Source: a virus (Duplodnaviria; Caudoviricetes). From it: 52,090 nt of DNA. A model generated the notes under the pieces. It saw only the letters and a program-made list of their open reading frames with translations. It made no database searches and was not told where the DNA came from. The DNA lies in IMG/VR virus record IMGVR_UViG_3300025697_000033, positions 1 through 52,090 of that record; one strand, given 5' to 3'. The translations under genes were made by a program, and so were the position numbers. Below are positions 38,602-47,827 of the stretch, in pieces. Every line of letters begins with the position of its first letter. Within the stretch, counting starts at the first letter, position 1.

Positions 38602-38879
38602 GGCTTTCTCCCTGCTAACACAGCCGGTGAGCCGGAGTTTCGAAACAGATCCCCCTGTTGCTCGACGCAGGCAAACAACGCCCGAAACGCGGTGGTTTTG
38701 TCTTCACGCACATTCACCCACGTCTGATCGCTGATGCGCGTCTGTTCATTTTCCGCGCCCTCCACCACTAGCAGTGTGAATTCATCACAGCGCGGAGGTT
38801 GTTCCGGGCCCGTGAGCGCAAAGCCGATCACGCCGTCGCGCTCGTAAAATTGCAGTGGTCGTAGGTTTTCAGCCTTCAT
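38598..38879 (-). CDS. Hypothetical protein
   Basis: ATGA-coupled on both sides. Confidence 0.5.
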   Translation of the reverse strand: MKAENLRPLQFYERDGVIGFALTGPEQPPRCDEFTLLVVEGAENEQTRISDQTWVNVREDKTTAFRALFACVEQQGDLFRNSGSPAVLAGRKP

Positions 38880-39724
38880 GTCACCACCCCCGCGTCTTTG
38901 CGGACAGGGGTAAACCGTCGCGGGTGCTTATGCGTGCAGGTGCCCATTAGCCCAATGTTGTTGCAGGATTTCTTGGCCCCATAGCAAACATTTTCGGTGC
39001 CAAAACCACACGAACCACCTTCCACCTCGCACACCACGCCGTCCGGCATTTCCACGATCTCGCCGACTGCATATTCGTGATTCGGTACCAGCTTCTGGGG
39101 CGGTGGTTCAAGTCCCTGCTCAGGGAATCCGCCATGAGCGGGCCGCCGCTGGCCGCTGTGGGCCGATGGAAGGGGCGGGTCTGGCACGATCTCAAAGGAG
39201 GCATCCACTTCTTCGCCTTCTTCGGCGGGCGGGGAGAGGGTGGCGATACGTTCCCAGTCGTGGCATTTGCCGGGGTAGCGGATCGAATCGCACGCGCCTT
39301 CCACGACTCTGTAAATAGTTCCTTCTGCGTCATCCATCAGTACTACCGTTCCTACTGGTGGATGTTCTTGATCCTCATACGCTACCACCGGCTCTCCCGT
39401 CAGGTGAGTAGCGAGAGCGAGGCGGTTTATTTGCAGGTTTACATCGTGCTTGTCAGCCGTAGCCGCGTGTTCTTCGGCCCATTCCCTCTCGGCTTCTATC
39501 CAGCCTTCCTGCAACTTGATGTCTTTGCGGATTATTTCCTCCTGATTCGCGTGGCGCTTGTCGTGGTGGGCGGCGCGGGCTTTGTTTACCGTTCGCGCCT
39601 TCGCGTTGTAGACGTCCAGAATTTTGCGCAACCCTGAGCCATTAAAGCTCTCCCATATCGCCTGCCGCAGCGGGTCTTTTGACTTCCTTAGCGAGTTTAG
39701 TGTCAATTCTTTCCGCTTCTTCAT
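38876..39724 (-). CDS. Hypothetical protein
   Basis: GGAGG RBS; 282 aa. Confidence 0.6.
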   Translation of the reverse strand: MKKRKELTLNSLRKSKDPLRQAIWESFNGSGLRKILDVYNAKARTVNKARAAHHDKRHANQEEIIRKDIKLQEGWIEAEREWAEEHAATADKHDVNLQINRLALATHLTGEPVVAYEDQEHPPVGTVVLMDDAEGTIYRVVEGACDSIRYPGKCHDWERIATLSPPAEEGEEVDASFEIVPDPPLPSAHSGQRRPAHGGFPEQGLEPPPQKLVPNHEYAVGEIVEMPDGVVCEVEGGSCGFGTENVCYGAKKSCNNIGLMGTCTHKHPRRFTPVRKDAGVVT

Positions 39725-39758
39725 TGTCTAATCCTCCGTTAGTTTGGTGTTCCACGCG

Positions 39759-40715
39759 CTAAAACAGCAATTCTTCTTTTGGGGTTATGCCTTCTGCGAC
39801 ATCCCACGACGGCCACCGCAACGCCGCAGCGCGGACGATGGCTCTTGCTTTGGCGATGTTTTGGTCTTGGGCATGGTTCGCGTCCGCGCCTAAGACAATG
39901 TTTTTCCCTTCCCATTCGTCAATGGCCGCCATGCCGCCCGCTTCGCTCCGTGTGGCCTTAAAATGTTCCAAGCCGATATGGGCGACGTTGCCGATGAAGA
40001 GCGCGTCTCCGTCGTCCTGGCGCTTTGATTCGAGCAGTTCCTTGTACTGCAGCTGGAACTTCTGCTCACACAGTGCCAAGCAGGATGCAGAGGAAAAGGT
40101 GATCGTGTCACCGTCAACTTTGCCGAGTTCGGAATGCTTATGCTCCTTCTTCTGATATCGCTCAGCTATCACGTCGTGAACATCGCCGCCTTGCGCGTCA
40201 CACAAGCAAAGCGGGAGAAAGGGGCATTCCTTGAACCAAGCATTACAGCCATGCTCATTGGTCAGATATCCGTGTTTTTCACAATGGAGGATCCGCTTGT
40301 GAATGCTCCAAAGCCATTCCCGCGCTTGCTTCATTCGCGCCGGGTTGATGTGGTGGACGTGCTCAAGGGTCGCGCCTTCCTTTTGGAGCAGCCACTCCAA
40401 GCACCGATCCTCGTACATCTTCCGATTCGGTTTGCCGTCCTCGTCTTTGTCCTTGCCGCAAAACTTGATCGTCGGACGCATGATGAGGCGATATTGGATC
40501 TCGCTTATCGGCACATCGGCTGCCAGCGCATAGAGTTCGCCTTGATAGCTTAGGGTCCGCTGGTCCAAGAACTTGCGCGGGTCGGTGCATGTCTTCCAAT
40601 CGCTGAGCACGCCATTTTCGATCAGGTCCAGCTTGCCCGCGAATTTATGCGCCTTGGCCGGGTGCCCCGTTTCGGGGTTTAATATCGGCATCGTCACAAT
40701 TTGTTCTGTCTTCAT
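39759..40715 (-). CDS. PD-(D/E)XK (Cas4/AddB-like) exonuclease, apparently circularly permuted
   Basis: GKLDLI...DWKT, QGELYA, C......CPFLPLC; the usual N-terminal FSS...C..KF...G...H..LE block is at the C-terminus. Confidence 0.8.
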   Translation of the reverse strand: MKTEQIVTMPILNPETGHPAKAHKFAGKLDLIENGVLSDWKTCTDPRKFLDQRTLSYQGELYALAADVPISEIQYRLIMRPTIKFCGKDKDEDGKPNRKMYEDRCLEWLLQKEGATLEHVHHINPARMKQAREWLWSIHKRILHCEKHGYLTNEHGCNAWFKECPFLPLCLCDAQGGDVHDVIAERYQKKEHKHSELGKVDGDTITFSSASCLALCEQKFQLQYKELLESKRQDDGDALFIGNVAHIGLEHFKATRSEAGGMAAIDEWEGKNIVLGADANHAQDQNIAKARAIVRAAALRWPSWDVAEGITPKEELLF

Positions 40716-40735
40716 GGCTGCGTTTCTCCTTCGCA

Positions 40736-41200
40736 TTAAAACGGGATGTCATCTTCCTTGATGGGCGCTTCTGCAACAGGGGGCGCGACAGGCGGCGGCG
40801 CGACAGCACCGGGAACCTCCGCATTGAGCGCCCAGAAGTCCACGACGTTATTGTAGACCTTGCCTTCCTTGTTTTTTTCAGGCGCGACACGCACCATGAG
40901 GCGCATGTTGAGCATGCCCTGGTGACATTGGAGGTCGTTCGGCTCGTAATTCCGGCAATCATCTTTCGATACGCCGCAAGCCTTCACGAAGGAAATCAGC
41001 TTCCAAAGCGACTTAGCAGTGAGCGTGATCGTGACGGTGTTAATCTGCATCGTCGTCGCGCTCTTTACTTCAAACTCCACAAAAGGATAGTTATTTGCGT
41101 TGGGGAAGCGCCCCATCTTCGCGCCCGACACAAAGACTTCATGGTCGCCCGCGCCCAGATAATCCCCGCCCGTTTCGTCCCAGTGATCTGCAAGTGACAT
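40736..41200 (-). CDS. ssDNA-binding protein (DUF669-like)
   Basis: OB-fold-like pattern, acidic tail EDDIPF, adjacent to AAA ATPase. Confidence 0.75.
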   Translation of the reverse strand: MSLADHWDETGGDYLGAGDHEVFVSGAKMGRFPNANNYPFVEFEVKSATTMQINTVTITLTAKSLWKLISFVKACGVSKDDCRNYEPNDLQCHQGMLNMRLMVRVAPEKNKEGKVYNNVVDFWALNAEVPGAVAPPPVAPPVAEAPIKEDDIPF

Positions 41201-41201
41201 G

Positions 41202-41996
41202 CTATTTCTCCTTCTTGGTTGTGGTGGTTTTGGTGCCGAGAATCTTTCCGAAGATCTTCGTCCAGTTCGTTTCTTCATATTTCTCAAGCGCAGCGGTTGC
41301 GTCCTTGGCAAGCACCGCGCCCGTGTTGATGGTCTGCCAAACCCGGTCGCCCGTTTCGTTGCTCTTCATGTACAGAACAAGGTCAAAGTAGGCCGCGCAT
41401 TCAAGCGCAAACTTGCCAGCGAGGTTCGGGGTGCGCATCACCATCCCGGTCTTCTTGTCTTCCTTCCAATCGCTCAGAGCCGTGAAAATAGTATGAACTG
41501 GAAGATGATTGACGGCAGAGATAAATGAGACCATCCGAGTCCGAAGAAGGTTATAGTCCTCCATGGTCATCAAATCATCATAGGCATTTAACGCCGTTTC
41601 CCTCTCACCCTCCGTGCGCTCTTTGATGAGGGCTGGGCGGTCAACCTGAACAATATTTTTCTTGCACAACTCATTGGCCTCAGAAAGCGAATCGATAGCG
41701 AGAATCTTTATGCCCTTCAACTCCTCCCCCTCAAAAGTCAACGTTAAGGAACCGTCTGTTTCTGACTTTGCACACACAAACACGCGCATCAATTCGCGCA
41801 GATCGTCCCACTCTTTCACCACTGCAACATTGTATTCTTTGTCTCGCAGCGGAATAAGCCCACGCTCCATGGTCACAATCAGCGTGTTTTCAACCGGCAA
41901 AGTGCCGAGGCTGGTCGTCTTGCCCACGCCGCTTTCTCCATGCACAAGCGCATGAACAAGCGTCAATTCGCGGGAATTTGATTTCGTTAACTTCAT
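41202..41996 (-). CDS. Sak4-like AAA_24 ATPase (recombinase)
   Basis: HGESGVGKT, AIDSLS, FDLVLYM, LAKD motifs. Confidence 0.85.
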   Translation of the reverse strand: MKLTKSNSRELTLVHALVHGESGVGKTTSLGTLPVENTLIVTMERGLIPLRDKEYNVAVVKEWDDLRELMRVFVCAKSETDGSLTLTFEGEELKGIKILAIDSLSEANELCKKNIVQVDRPALIKERTEGERETALNAYDDLMTMEDYNLLRTRMVSFISAVNHLPVHTIFTALSDWKEDKKTGMVMRTPNLAGKFALECAAYFDLVLYMKSNETGDRVWQTINTGAVLAKDATAALEKYEETNWTKIFGKILGTKTTTTKKEK

Positions 41997-42264
41997 TTTT
42001 CCATTCCTCCGTTTCGTTCAATCAGGTCAAAAAATCCATTGCAGCAAACTCGGCAAGCTGAGCCCGAGAAAGACAATCACGCCAATTGCAATCAGGCACC
42101 CGTACTGCGGCGGCTCAGGGTCGGTGTAGTGATCGCGGGTCATGGGGCTTCCTCCGTTTCGTCTTCGGTTTCAGGCTCCGGCGTGTAGAGCTCCCAGTCA
42201 GGCGGGAATTCCTGCATGCGCTCGAAATCGCTGGGGCCGGTTATGCCGGGAGTGCCGAGGCCGC

Positions 42265-42765
42265 TCATGACGCGGCGTCTTTGTAGACGCGCTCGGCCTT
42301 GATGGTGACGTTGGCGGCTTCGATGGTGTGATCATCCCAGTCGTCTCGCAGTATGGTTGCGAACTCTCCAGTCGTGGCATCCCTAAAATGATACCTCTCC
42401 GGGGAGATGTGGGTCATGCTTAGCAATGCTACAAACTTGCCGTCCGCGAAACAGTGCCCCCCGATCTTTATCTGGCCACACGCCACCGTCTCCGCCATCG
42501 GCGCCTCCTCGGGTTTCTGCGCGGCGAGCCATTCGTCGATGTCGGGGCGGGGGTGGACTTTGGCGGACTGGTCAATTTCGTGAATAACCCCTTTGCGGTC
42601 AACTCCACGCCTTGGCACATTGGCGGCCTCGTGGACGCAGCTTATCTTTTTGAGAATGTCGCCGCCCAACTGAAAATGTTCACCTTCTATTACGCTTGTT
42701 ATTCCCATCATCTCCAGCCCCTTCGGCTCCACAATCTCAACCGTCACATTCGGTTTCTTGTTCAT
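42265..42765 (-). CDS. Hypothetical protein
   Basis: MNKKPNVTVE start, ATGA-coupled to HTH gene. Confidence 0.55.
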   Translation of the reverse strand: MNKKPNVTVEIVEPKGLEMMGITSVIEGEHFQLGGDILKKISCVHEAANVPRRGVDRKGVIHEIDQSAKVHPRPDIDEWLAAQKPEEAPMAETVACGQIKIGGHCFADGKFVALLSMTHISPERYHFRDATTGEFATILRDDWDDHTIEAANVTIKAERVYKDAAS

Positions 42766-42992
42766 GTCTCTTTTCTCCCTTCGCCGGTCCGCACCCATTC
42801 CATCCTCACGCCAAGCGCGGCGCAGACTGTTCCAAAGGCTTCGATCTTCGGCTCGCATGGATCGATGTCCCTGACCCAAGTCCGCACGGTAGTCCCCGCC
42901 ACATCAGTAGCCCTGTCAAGCTGTCGAAAACCCCAGCCTTTGTCGGTCATGGCCTCCAGCAGTCGGCCTCCGAGTGTTTTATTTTCTGCCAT
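42762..42992 (-). CDS. XRE/Cro-CI family HTH regulator
   Basis: LGGRL..AM...GW..RQL.RATDV...TV..W....EP.......C.ALGV..EW..TGEG. Confidence 0.88.
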   Translation of the reverse strand: MAENKTLGGRLLEAMTDKGWGFRQLDRATDVAGTTVRTWVRDIDPCEPKIEAFGTVCAALGVRMEWVRTGEGRKET

Positions 42993-43023
42993 CGAGTTAA
43001 CTCCTTTTGTTAAATACAATTAC

Positions 43024-43052
43024 ACTATATCTTATTATATAGCATTTGTCAA
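43024..43052 (-). promoter_or_regulatory. Leftward sigma70-type promoter
   Basis: TTGACA, 17 bp, TATAGT. Confidence 0.85.
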
Positions 43053-43157
43053 GAGGTTTAGTAAATTTCTTTTCGTCCACAATAGCCTATGGATAAAGGG
43101 TTTCGTGCGATTCGCGGCCCCGTCGCCGAAAAAAGATTGAAAAAGATGGAAAAAGGC

Positions 43158-43186
43158 TTGACATCCTGTTTAGCATGTGATAAACT
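43158..43186 (+). promoter_or_regulatory. Rightward sigma70-type promoter (extended -10)
   Basis: TTGACA, 17 bp, TAAACT preceded by TGn. Confidence 0.8.
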
Positions 43187-43205
43187 AAAATTGAAAGTTG
43201 AGAGA
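43171..43205 (+). repeat. 35-bp direct repeat (second copy 44142-44176) carrying the -10/start region
   Basis: tagcatgtgataaactaaaattgaaagttgagaga is identical in both places. Confidence 0.9.
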
Positions 43206-43255
43206 AGGCGGGCAACGAGGCCCGGAACCGAAACCACAAACGAAGGAGAAAAACG

Positions 43256-43405
43256 ATGTCACTTTTCACACAAATGGCGAATGCAAAAAATGGTTCGGAA
43301 TTTCTGAATTCAGCACTTAAAGAAATGGGGCGCAACGGTGCAGCGCAAAAACATCTTCGAGAAGCAAAGCAAGCATTGAAACTTGCAAAGAAATTGGGAA
43401 ACTAA
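43256..43405 (+). CDS. Small basic protein (49 aa)
   Basis: AAGGAG RBS; MSLFTQMANAKNG... Confidence 0.6.
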   Translation: MSLFTQMANAKNGSEFLNSALKEMGRNGAAQKHLREAKQALKLAKKLGN

Positions 43406-43455
43406 TCTTCCCTTTCCCGCTTGAAATTTTCAACACCAAACCAAGGAGAGAAACC

Positions 43456-43791
43456 ATGAACACGAATATCGATGAACTGAAAAGTGAAGACCACGCAGTC
43501 GAAGCAATGGCGCTTGTCGGCTGGACAAAGGACACTAGCCGCGGAATGATTACGGCTGACCAGCTTGACGCCTTGGCAGAGATTGATGACGCAGAGCCCA
43601 CGAGTAGGTGTATGCCTGCTGGAGAAGAAGATAATGTAGAGTGGAAATCCAGCGTTGCCCTGCCGTTAGCAGACGGGACGCTCGTTGACCTGTACATCTA
43701 CTGGGGGTTCGATAGCCGAGTATGGGGCGACACTGACCCGGAGAACTACAACTGGGACATCAACGACGTGGATCATGTAGATTTCTGGTAA
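43456..43791 (+). CDS. Small highly acidic protein (anti-defence candidate)
   Basis: AAGGAG RBS; 111 aa, strongly Asp/Glu-rich. Confidence 0.7.
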   Translation: MNTNIDELKSEDHAVEAMALVGWTKDTSRGMITADQLDALAEIDDAEPTSRCMPAGEEDNVEWKSSVALPLADGTLVDLYIYWGFDSRVWGDTDPENYNWDINDVDHVDFW

Positions 43792-43864
43792 GCTAACACC
43801 CCCACGCGGGCGGCCCGGTCGCCCGCTTTTGAAACCGAAACCACAACAAACAAAGGAGAACATC

Positions 43865-44080
43865 ATGAAAACATCCGCCGAACTAAGAGCGAGAGAGATA
43901 GCCAGCATGGAAAAGGCCCGCAATGAATACATAGGCCGCATGGTAAACGTGCAGACCATGCTCGAGCGGATCAAGGATCTCACTGATCACGCCATCGATC
44001 CCGAGGACATCCATTGGGGCGACGTTGCCAACATGGGCCGCGTAGAAATGTCTCTCACTGAAATTTGCGAATACCTTTAG
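43865..44080 (+). CDS. Small helical protein
   Basis: AAGGAG RBS; PEDIHWGDVANM motif. Confidence 0.7.
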   Translation: MKTSAELRAREIASMEKARNEYIGRMVNVQTMLERIKDLTDHAIDPEDIHWGDVANMGRVEMSLTEICEYL

Positions 44081-44091
44081 GAATGGACACC

Positions 44092-44151
44092 ATGAAAAAC
44101 AAGCATCAAGAATTCCGCGCCGCCCTCGCCCGTTGCGTTTCTAGCATGTGA
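44092..44151 (+). pseudogene. Truncated copy of the HTH gene at 45310
   Basis: MKNKHQEFRAALARCV vs MKNHHQEFRAALARFV, cut off by the 35-bp repeat. Confidence 0.75.
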
Positions 44152-44197
44152 TAAACTAAAATTGAAAGTTGAGAGATGGCAACCAAGGAGAGACACG

Positions 44198-45268
44198 ATG
44201 GACATCATGGAACAAATCAGGGCAGAGCGAAGAGAAGAAAACGCGAAGCTCAAGCCCATAGTAGAATCGACCATACTTGAAGTGCTTGCAGACTTTGCGG
44301 CCCTGAACCGTCCAATGCCAACCACGGCCACACTGATCGCTGATTGCCTCATCGATCACAGGATTGGGCGCGAATATCTCAGAACGAAAAAGGAAATGGT
44401 AGCGTTGACTTCTGGTGCCTTGAAGCGGTTGCAGAAAAAGGGCAAAGTGCAAAAGCTGCAAGGCATTGGATTGACAGGAAAGATCGCCTATGTGTGGGAG
44501 GTTAAGCCAGTGACAAAAACCGCGTATTCTGGAATGTATAACGCTATCTTTTTGCTGAGAAAAAATGAACCCAAAGATGGTTATTATGGCGGATTCTCGG
44601 GCGGAAAAGATTCTTGTGTGATCAAACACCTTGCGAAGCGTGCAGGCGTTCAAGTGGAATGGCATTATCACATGAGTATAGACCCTCCGGAATTGGTGCT
44701 CTTTGTGCGTGAAAAGCATCCCGATGTTATTGTTGACCGGCCAGAAATGCAAATATTCAAAGAGGTGGAGAAGCGCGGTATGCCATGGGTAAAAGCGCGG
44801 TGGTGTTGCTCTATTATTAAGGAACGGCACGGCAAAGGCTACACCAAGATCCTTGGAGTCAGAAAAGAAGAGTCACCCCGCCGCATGCGGACATGGGACG
44901 AAGTTACGGGCGATGTGGTTGCTCCGATTTGCCTGTGGTCAACAGACGACGTATGGGAATACATTCGAATGAGTAACGTTCCGTATTGCGCTCTTTACGA
45001 TGAAGGGTTCGAGCGTTTGGGGTGTGTGGGTTGTCCGTTGGCAGGCAAGAGAAAAAGGGATAAAGAGTTCAAGCGCTGGCCGAAATTTGAGGCAGCATGG
45101 AGAGCAGCATGTAAGCGCCTATGGGACGCTCCCGGAGACTGGGCACACAAAAAGCGCCACGACACGGAGCAAGAATATTGGGAATGGTGGCGCTACGAGG
45201 CCAGAAGCACCGACCAGAAAAAAGTAATCCCTTGCGGCGACGTACCTATGGAAAACGTGCAATCATAA
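44198..45268 (+). CDS. PAPS-reductase-family (PP-loop, Fe-S) protein with extra N-terminal wHTH-like region
   Basis: FSGGKDS, RWCC, LGVRKEES..R, LYDEGFERLGCVGCP. Confidence 0.9.
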   Translation: MDIMEQIRAERREENAKLKPIVESTILEVLADFAALNRPMPTTATLIADCLIDHRIGREYLRTKKEMVALTSGALKRLQKKGKVQKLQGIGLTGKIAYVWEVKPVTKTAYSGMYNAIFLLRKNEPKDGYYGGFSGGKDSCVIKHLAKRAGVQVEWHYHMSIDPPELVLFVREKHPDVIVDRPEMQIFKEVEKRGMPWVKARWCCSIIKERHGKGYTKILGVRKEESPRRMRTWDEVTGDVVAPICLWSTDDVWEYIRMSNVPYCALYDEGFERLGCVGCPLAGKRKRDKEFKRWPKFEAAWRAACKRLWDAPGDWAHKKRHDTEQEYWEWWRYEARSTDQKKVIPCGDVPMENVQS

Positions 45269-45309
45269 CCCCCACGCGGGCGGATTCGGTCGCCCGTAGA
45301 AAGGAAAGC

Positions 45310-45516
45310 ATGAAAAACCACCACCAAGAATTCCGCGCCGCCCTGGCCCGATTCGTCGCGGCGGGACACCAAGAGCAAGAGGCCGCGAAGCTGCTCGGCT
45401 ACGCGGCGACTACGCTCTCGGCGCTCAAGAATGGCCTCGGGCAACAAACGCTCAATCCCCGTCACGTCTTGGCGATGCAACGGCTGGCGGACATGGCCGA
45501 GGCGGGCGAACTGTAG
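45310..45516 (+). CDS. Small HTH protein (XRE/Aca-like)
   Basis: QEQEAAKLLGYAATTLSALKNG helix-turn-helix pattern. Confidence 0.7.
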   Translation: MKNHHQEFRAALARFVAAGHQEQEAAKLLGYAATTLSALKNGLGQQTLNPRHVLAMQRLADMAEAGEL

Positions 45517-45548
45517 CGAAACTGAAACCGGAAGCAAAGGAGAGAGAC

Positions 45549-46196
45549 ATGAAAAACACAACCACACAAGACAAAGACAACGAAAAAATCGTGCAGGCGT
45601 GGCCTTCAAACTGGAGGCGTGAATGCGCTGCGTTGTTTGCAGGCAGAATAATCAAGTACGCCCCGTGGCACAAGATGTTTGAGGCCGTCCAAATAGCGCG
45701 AAAATACGCAAGGGGTGAGGTCACAATTGAGCAATTAAAGGATGCGTACATAGAAATGCAGACAATACGGGATGTCCTCTTGACGGACTTGAGCGACGTG
45801 GAAAAGGCCATCAAAATAGATGTCCGTTATTTCCAGTTCGTGCAAGCAAGGATCCTCGCTTTTCATGGTGGTCGATGCGCTGTGGAAAATTGCTTACAAC
45901 CCGAAGGAGCGTCTGGGTTCCGGTTTAGTGCATGGCCCGCATGGGAGACGGATGCCGTTGCTTTTGGGGAGCAAGCAAAAGGGCTAGGGAAGCGCGAAGG
46001 AATGTCCAGACTTCGCAGATTCTTTGCCGATTTTAGGCTGATTAAGAAACTTGATCTACAATATGAGCAAGAGCTAGAAAAGGAAGGAAAAGAACAAACC
46101 AAGATTGTCAATCAGCTTCTTGTTCTTTATGAGCGGTCCCCGAATATCCCCGACATGCACGTTGTGGATAGTCACATGCGCAAGTTAGGCCAATAG
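45549..46196 (+). CDS. Hypothetical protein, Imm5-like helical motif
   Basis: CAALFA.RII...AVQIARKYARGEVTIEQL; AAGGAG RBS. Confidence 0.55.
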   Translation: MKNTTTQDKDNEKIVQAWPSNWRRECAALFAGRIIKYAPWHKMFEAVQIARKYARGEVTIEQLKDAYIEMQTIRDVLLTDLSDVEKAIKIDVRYFQFVQARILAFHGGRCAVENCLQPEGASGFRFSAWPAWETDAVAFGEQAKGLGKREGMSRLRRFFADFRLIKKLDLQYEQELEKEGKEQTKIVNQLLVLYERSPNIPDMHVVDSHMRKLGQ

Positions 46197-46197
46197 A

Positions 46198-46290
46198 CAC
46201 AAAAATGCCCGCTCGGCGTGCGAACCGAGCGGGCTGGGCGGCGAAGGATCCGCCCAGGGGATAGGGGTGGGGGGTGCCCCGAGGGTGCTA
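46198..46290 (-). terminator. Intrinsic terminator within an approximately 90-bp direct repeat (copy 1)
   Basis: GCCCGCTCGG...CCGAGCGGGC hairpin followed by a T-tract on the minus strand; repeated at 47828-47917. Confidence 0.8.
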
Positions 46291-46755
46291 TTGATTGCTG
46301 GCTTGTGAAACTAGCATTGCCTCGCGGACGGTGATCTCTGGGGTGTTTTGCATGAGGGGTGCCATCATATCTTTGAATTGCTGAAACTCATCCAGCTTCT
46401 TAGAGGCATTTGCCACGTTGTCAATACGGACAACCTCGGCAGAACACACGTCGGCCCACCGCGCATCTTCAAGAAATTTGTAAACGGTATCACCCTCCAG
46501 CCCTTTTACGCAGAGGATGCCGGGGAGATCAAGCCCCGGCAGAGACATCTGCTGGTCAAAGTCCGAAGATGGAGAACGTGAGTTTAGACGGGTGCGAACA
46601 TATGCCGCACACCCGTACTCTTGGAAGTGCTCACCAGCCTCAATCGCCTCGTCAGGATACCATTCGCGGAATCTTTCAACGATGGTAGCCACATGGCTAC
46701 CGCCGCCTTCAAGACACCTATCTATGGCTTTGCTTATTGCTTCTTTCCACTGCAT
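46288..46755 (-). CDS. Hypothetical protein, partner of ParB-like gene
   Basis: MQWKEAISK start overlapping the ParB-like gene end. Confidence 0.6.
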   Translation of the reverse strand: MQWKEAISKAIDRCLEGGGSHVATIVERFREWYPDEAIEAGEHFQEYGCAAYVRTRLNSRSPSSDFDQQMSLPGLDLPGILCVKGLEGDTVYKFLEDARWADVCSAEVVRIDNVANASKKLDEFQQFKDMMAPLMQNTPEITVREAMLVSQASNQ

Positions 46756-47681
46756 TTTTCTATCCTTTCTTTCCATGCTAAAGAGAAATCAAGCACCCAC
46801 TGTAGCTGCTCTTTTATCTCTTGAAACTCTTCAATATCCCAGTCGCTCATTTCTTCCACAACCTCATACGGGTCTGGAAGATCGACAAGCCGTCGAATTG
46901 CAGATCGCACATTAGATGCGCGGCCTCGCCGTTCCCACTCGTCAATGCCCATGGCATCCACCATGGCGTTCCCGGCTTCTTGTAGCCGCTGCACCGATTC
47001 GTTGTGCTCCTTGATCTTCTTCTTCTTCTTTTCGTGTTTCGCTACCTCCTGCCGGGCAACCTTGCCGATCACACCCGGTTCGTTTTTCAGTATGTCCATT
47101 TCTTGCTCTGGGGTCAGGTCGGCTACCTTGGCTGCAACCGAGACGGGGAGGATGCCGTCTTCCACTGCCTGCAACAATTCGGGCGTGCCGTCTTTGATCA
47201 CCTTGCGGGCACGTTTGATGGACCCAGTTGAAACGCCCACGGCATTTGCTGCGTCTTGGATGGAAGTGGATGGATCTTGAGATCCCTCCACTTTTTCATC
47301 TGCATATTGATTGGTCCCGTGCTTCAAATTCGCCACCTTCGCCCCCACCACAGAACATTGGCTCTCGCTCAGATGCCGCCGCTTCAGGTTCAGGCTCACC
47401 ACGAACGCCGCTATGCTCTCTTCGTCGCCATTGTACGTCCTAGCCTCGACACTGCGTCCAAGCTCGGCACAGGCCAACACACGGTGCTTGCCGTCGATAA
47501 CATGCCCATCTCCGTTCACCCACACCGGCTCCCGCTGCCCGTGTTGCCGGATGTCCTCCACCAAGTCGGAAAACTCCGTCTCCGTCATTTTAGGAAACAA
47601 GTCTGCCGCCGGGTGCATGATCGCATCTTCAGCTATTATCCGATTCATTTGTACGCCCCTTCCTTTGTCTTCGAGTTCCAT
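46734..47681 (-). CDS. ParB/Spo0J-like N-domain plus HTH protein
   Basis: HPAADLFP, DIRQHGQREPV, VIDGKHR, SLNLKRRHL, AANAVGVS HTH. Confidence 0.85.
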   Translation of the reverse strand: MELEDKGRGVQMNRIIAEDAIMHPAADLFPKMTETEFSDLVEDIRQHGQREPVWVNGDGHVIDGKHRVLACAELGRSVEARTYNGDEESIAAFVVSLNLKRRHLSESQCSVVGAKVANLKHGTNQYADEKVEGSQDPSTSIQDAANAVGVSTGSIKRARKVIKDGTPELLQAVEDGILPVSVAAKVADLTPEQEMDILKNEPGVIGKVARQEVAKHEKKKKKIKEHNESVQRLQEAGNAMVDAMGIDEWERRGRASNVRSAIRRLVDLPDPYEVVEEMSDWDIEEFQEIKEQLQWVLDFSLAWKERIEKCSGKKQ

Positions 47682-47693
47682 GTTTATCCTTTC

Positions 47694-47790
47694 AAAAGAA
47701 AACCCCGCCCGCGCATGAACCGACAAGAACAAATGCGGGCAGGGAGATCCGGCTTTCGCCAAAAGATTTTATGTTTGGGTGTCGGTCCAT
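47694..47790 (-). ncRNA. Structured leader RNA, same fold as 478-579
   Basis: 10-bp stem CCCUGCCCGC/GCGGGCGGGG plus U-tract; loop UGUCGGUUCAU pairs 11 bp with 5' AUGGACCGACA; GGC-GAAA-GCC hairpin in between. Confidence 0.6.
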
Positions 47791-47796
47791 CTTCTT

Positions 47797-47825
47797 ATTG
47801 TATAACAAATCGTCCGAGCTGTCAA
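47797..47825 (-). promoter_or_regulatory. sigma70-type promoter of the ParB-like cassette
   Basis: TTGACA, 17 bp, TACAAT. Confidence 0.85.
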
Positions 47826-47827
47826 TG

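Noticed and set aside
39759-40715. Cas4 as part of an adaptation module for the arrays
   Set aside because: It lies about 10 kb away in a standard Sak4-SSB-exonuclease recombination module.
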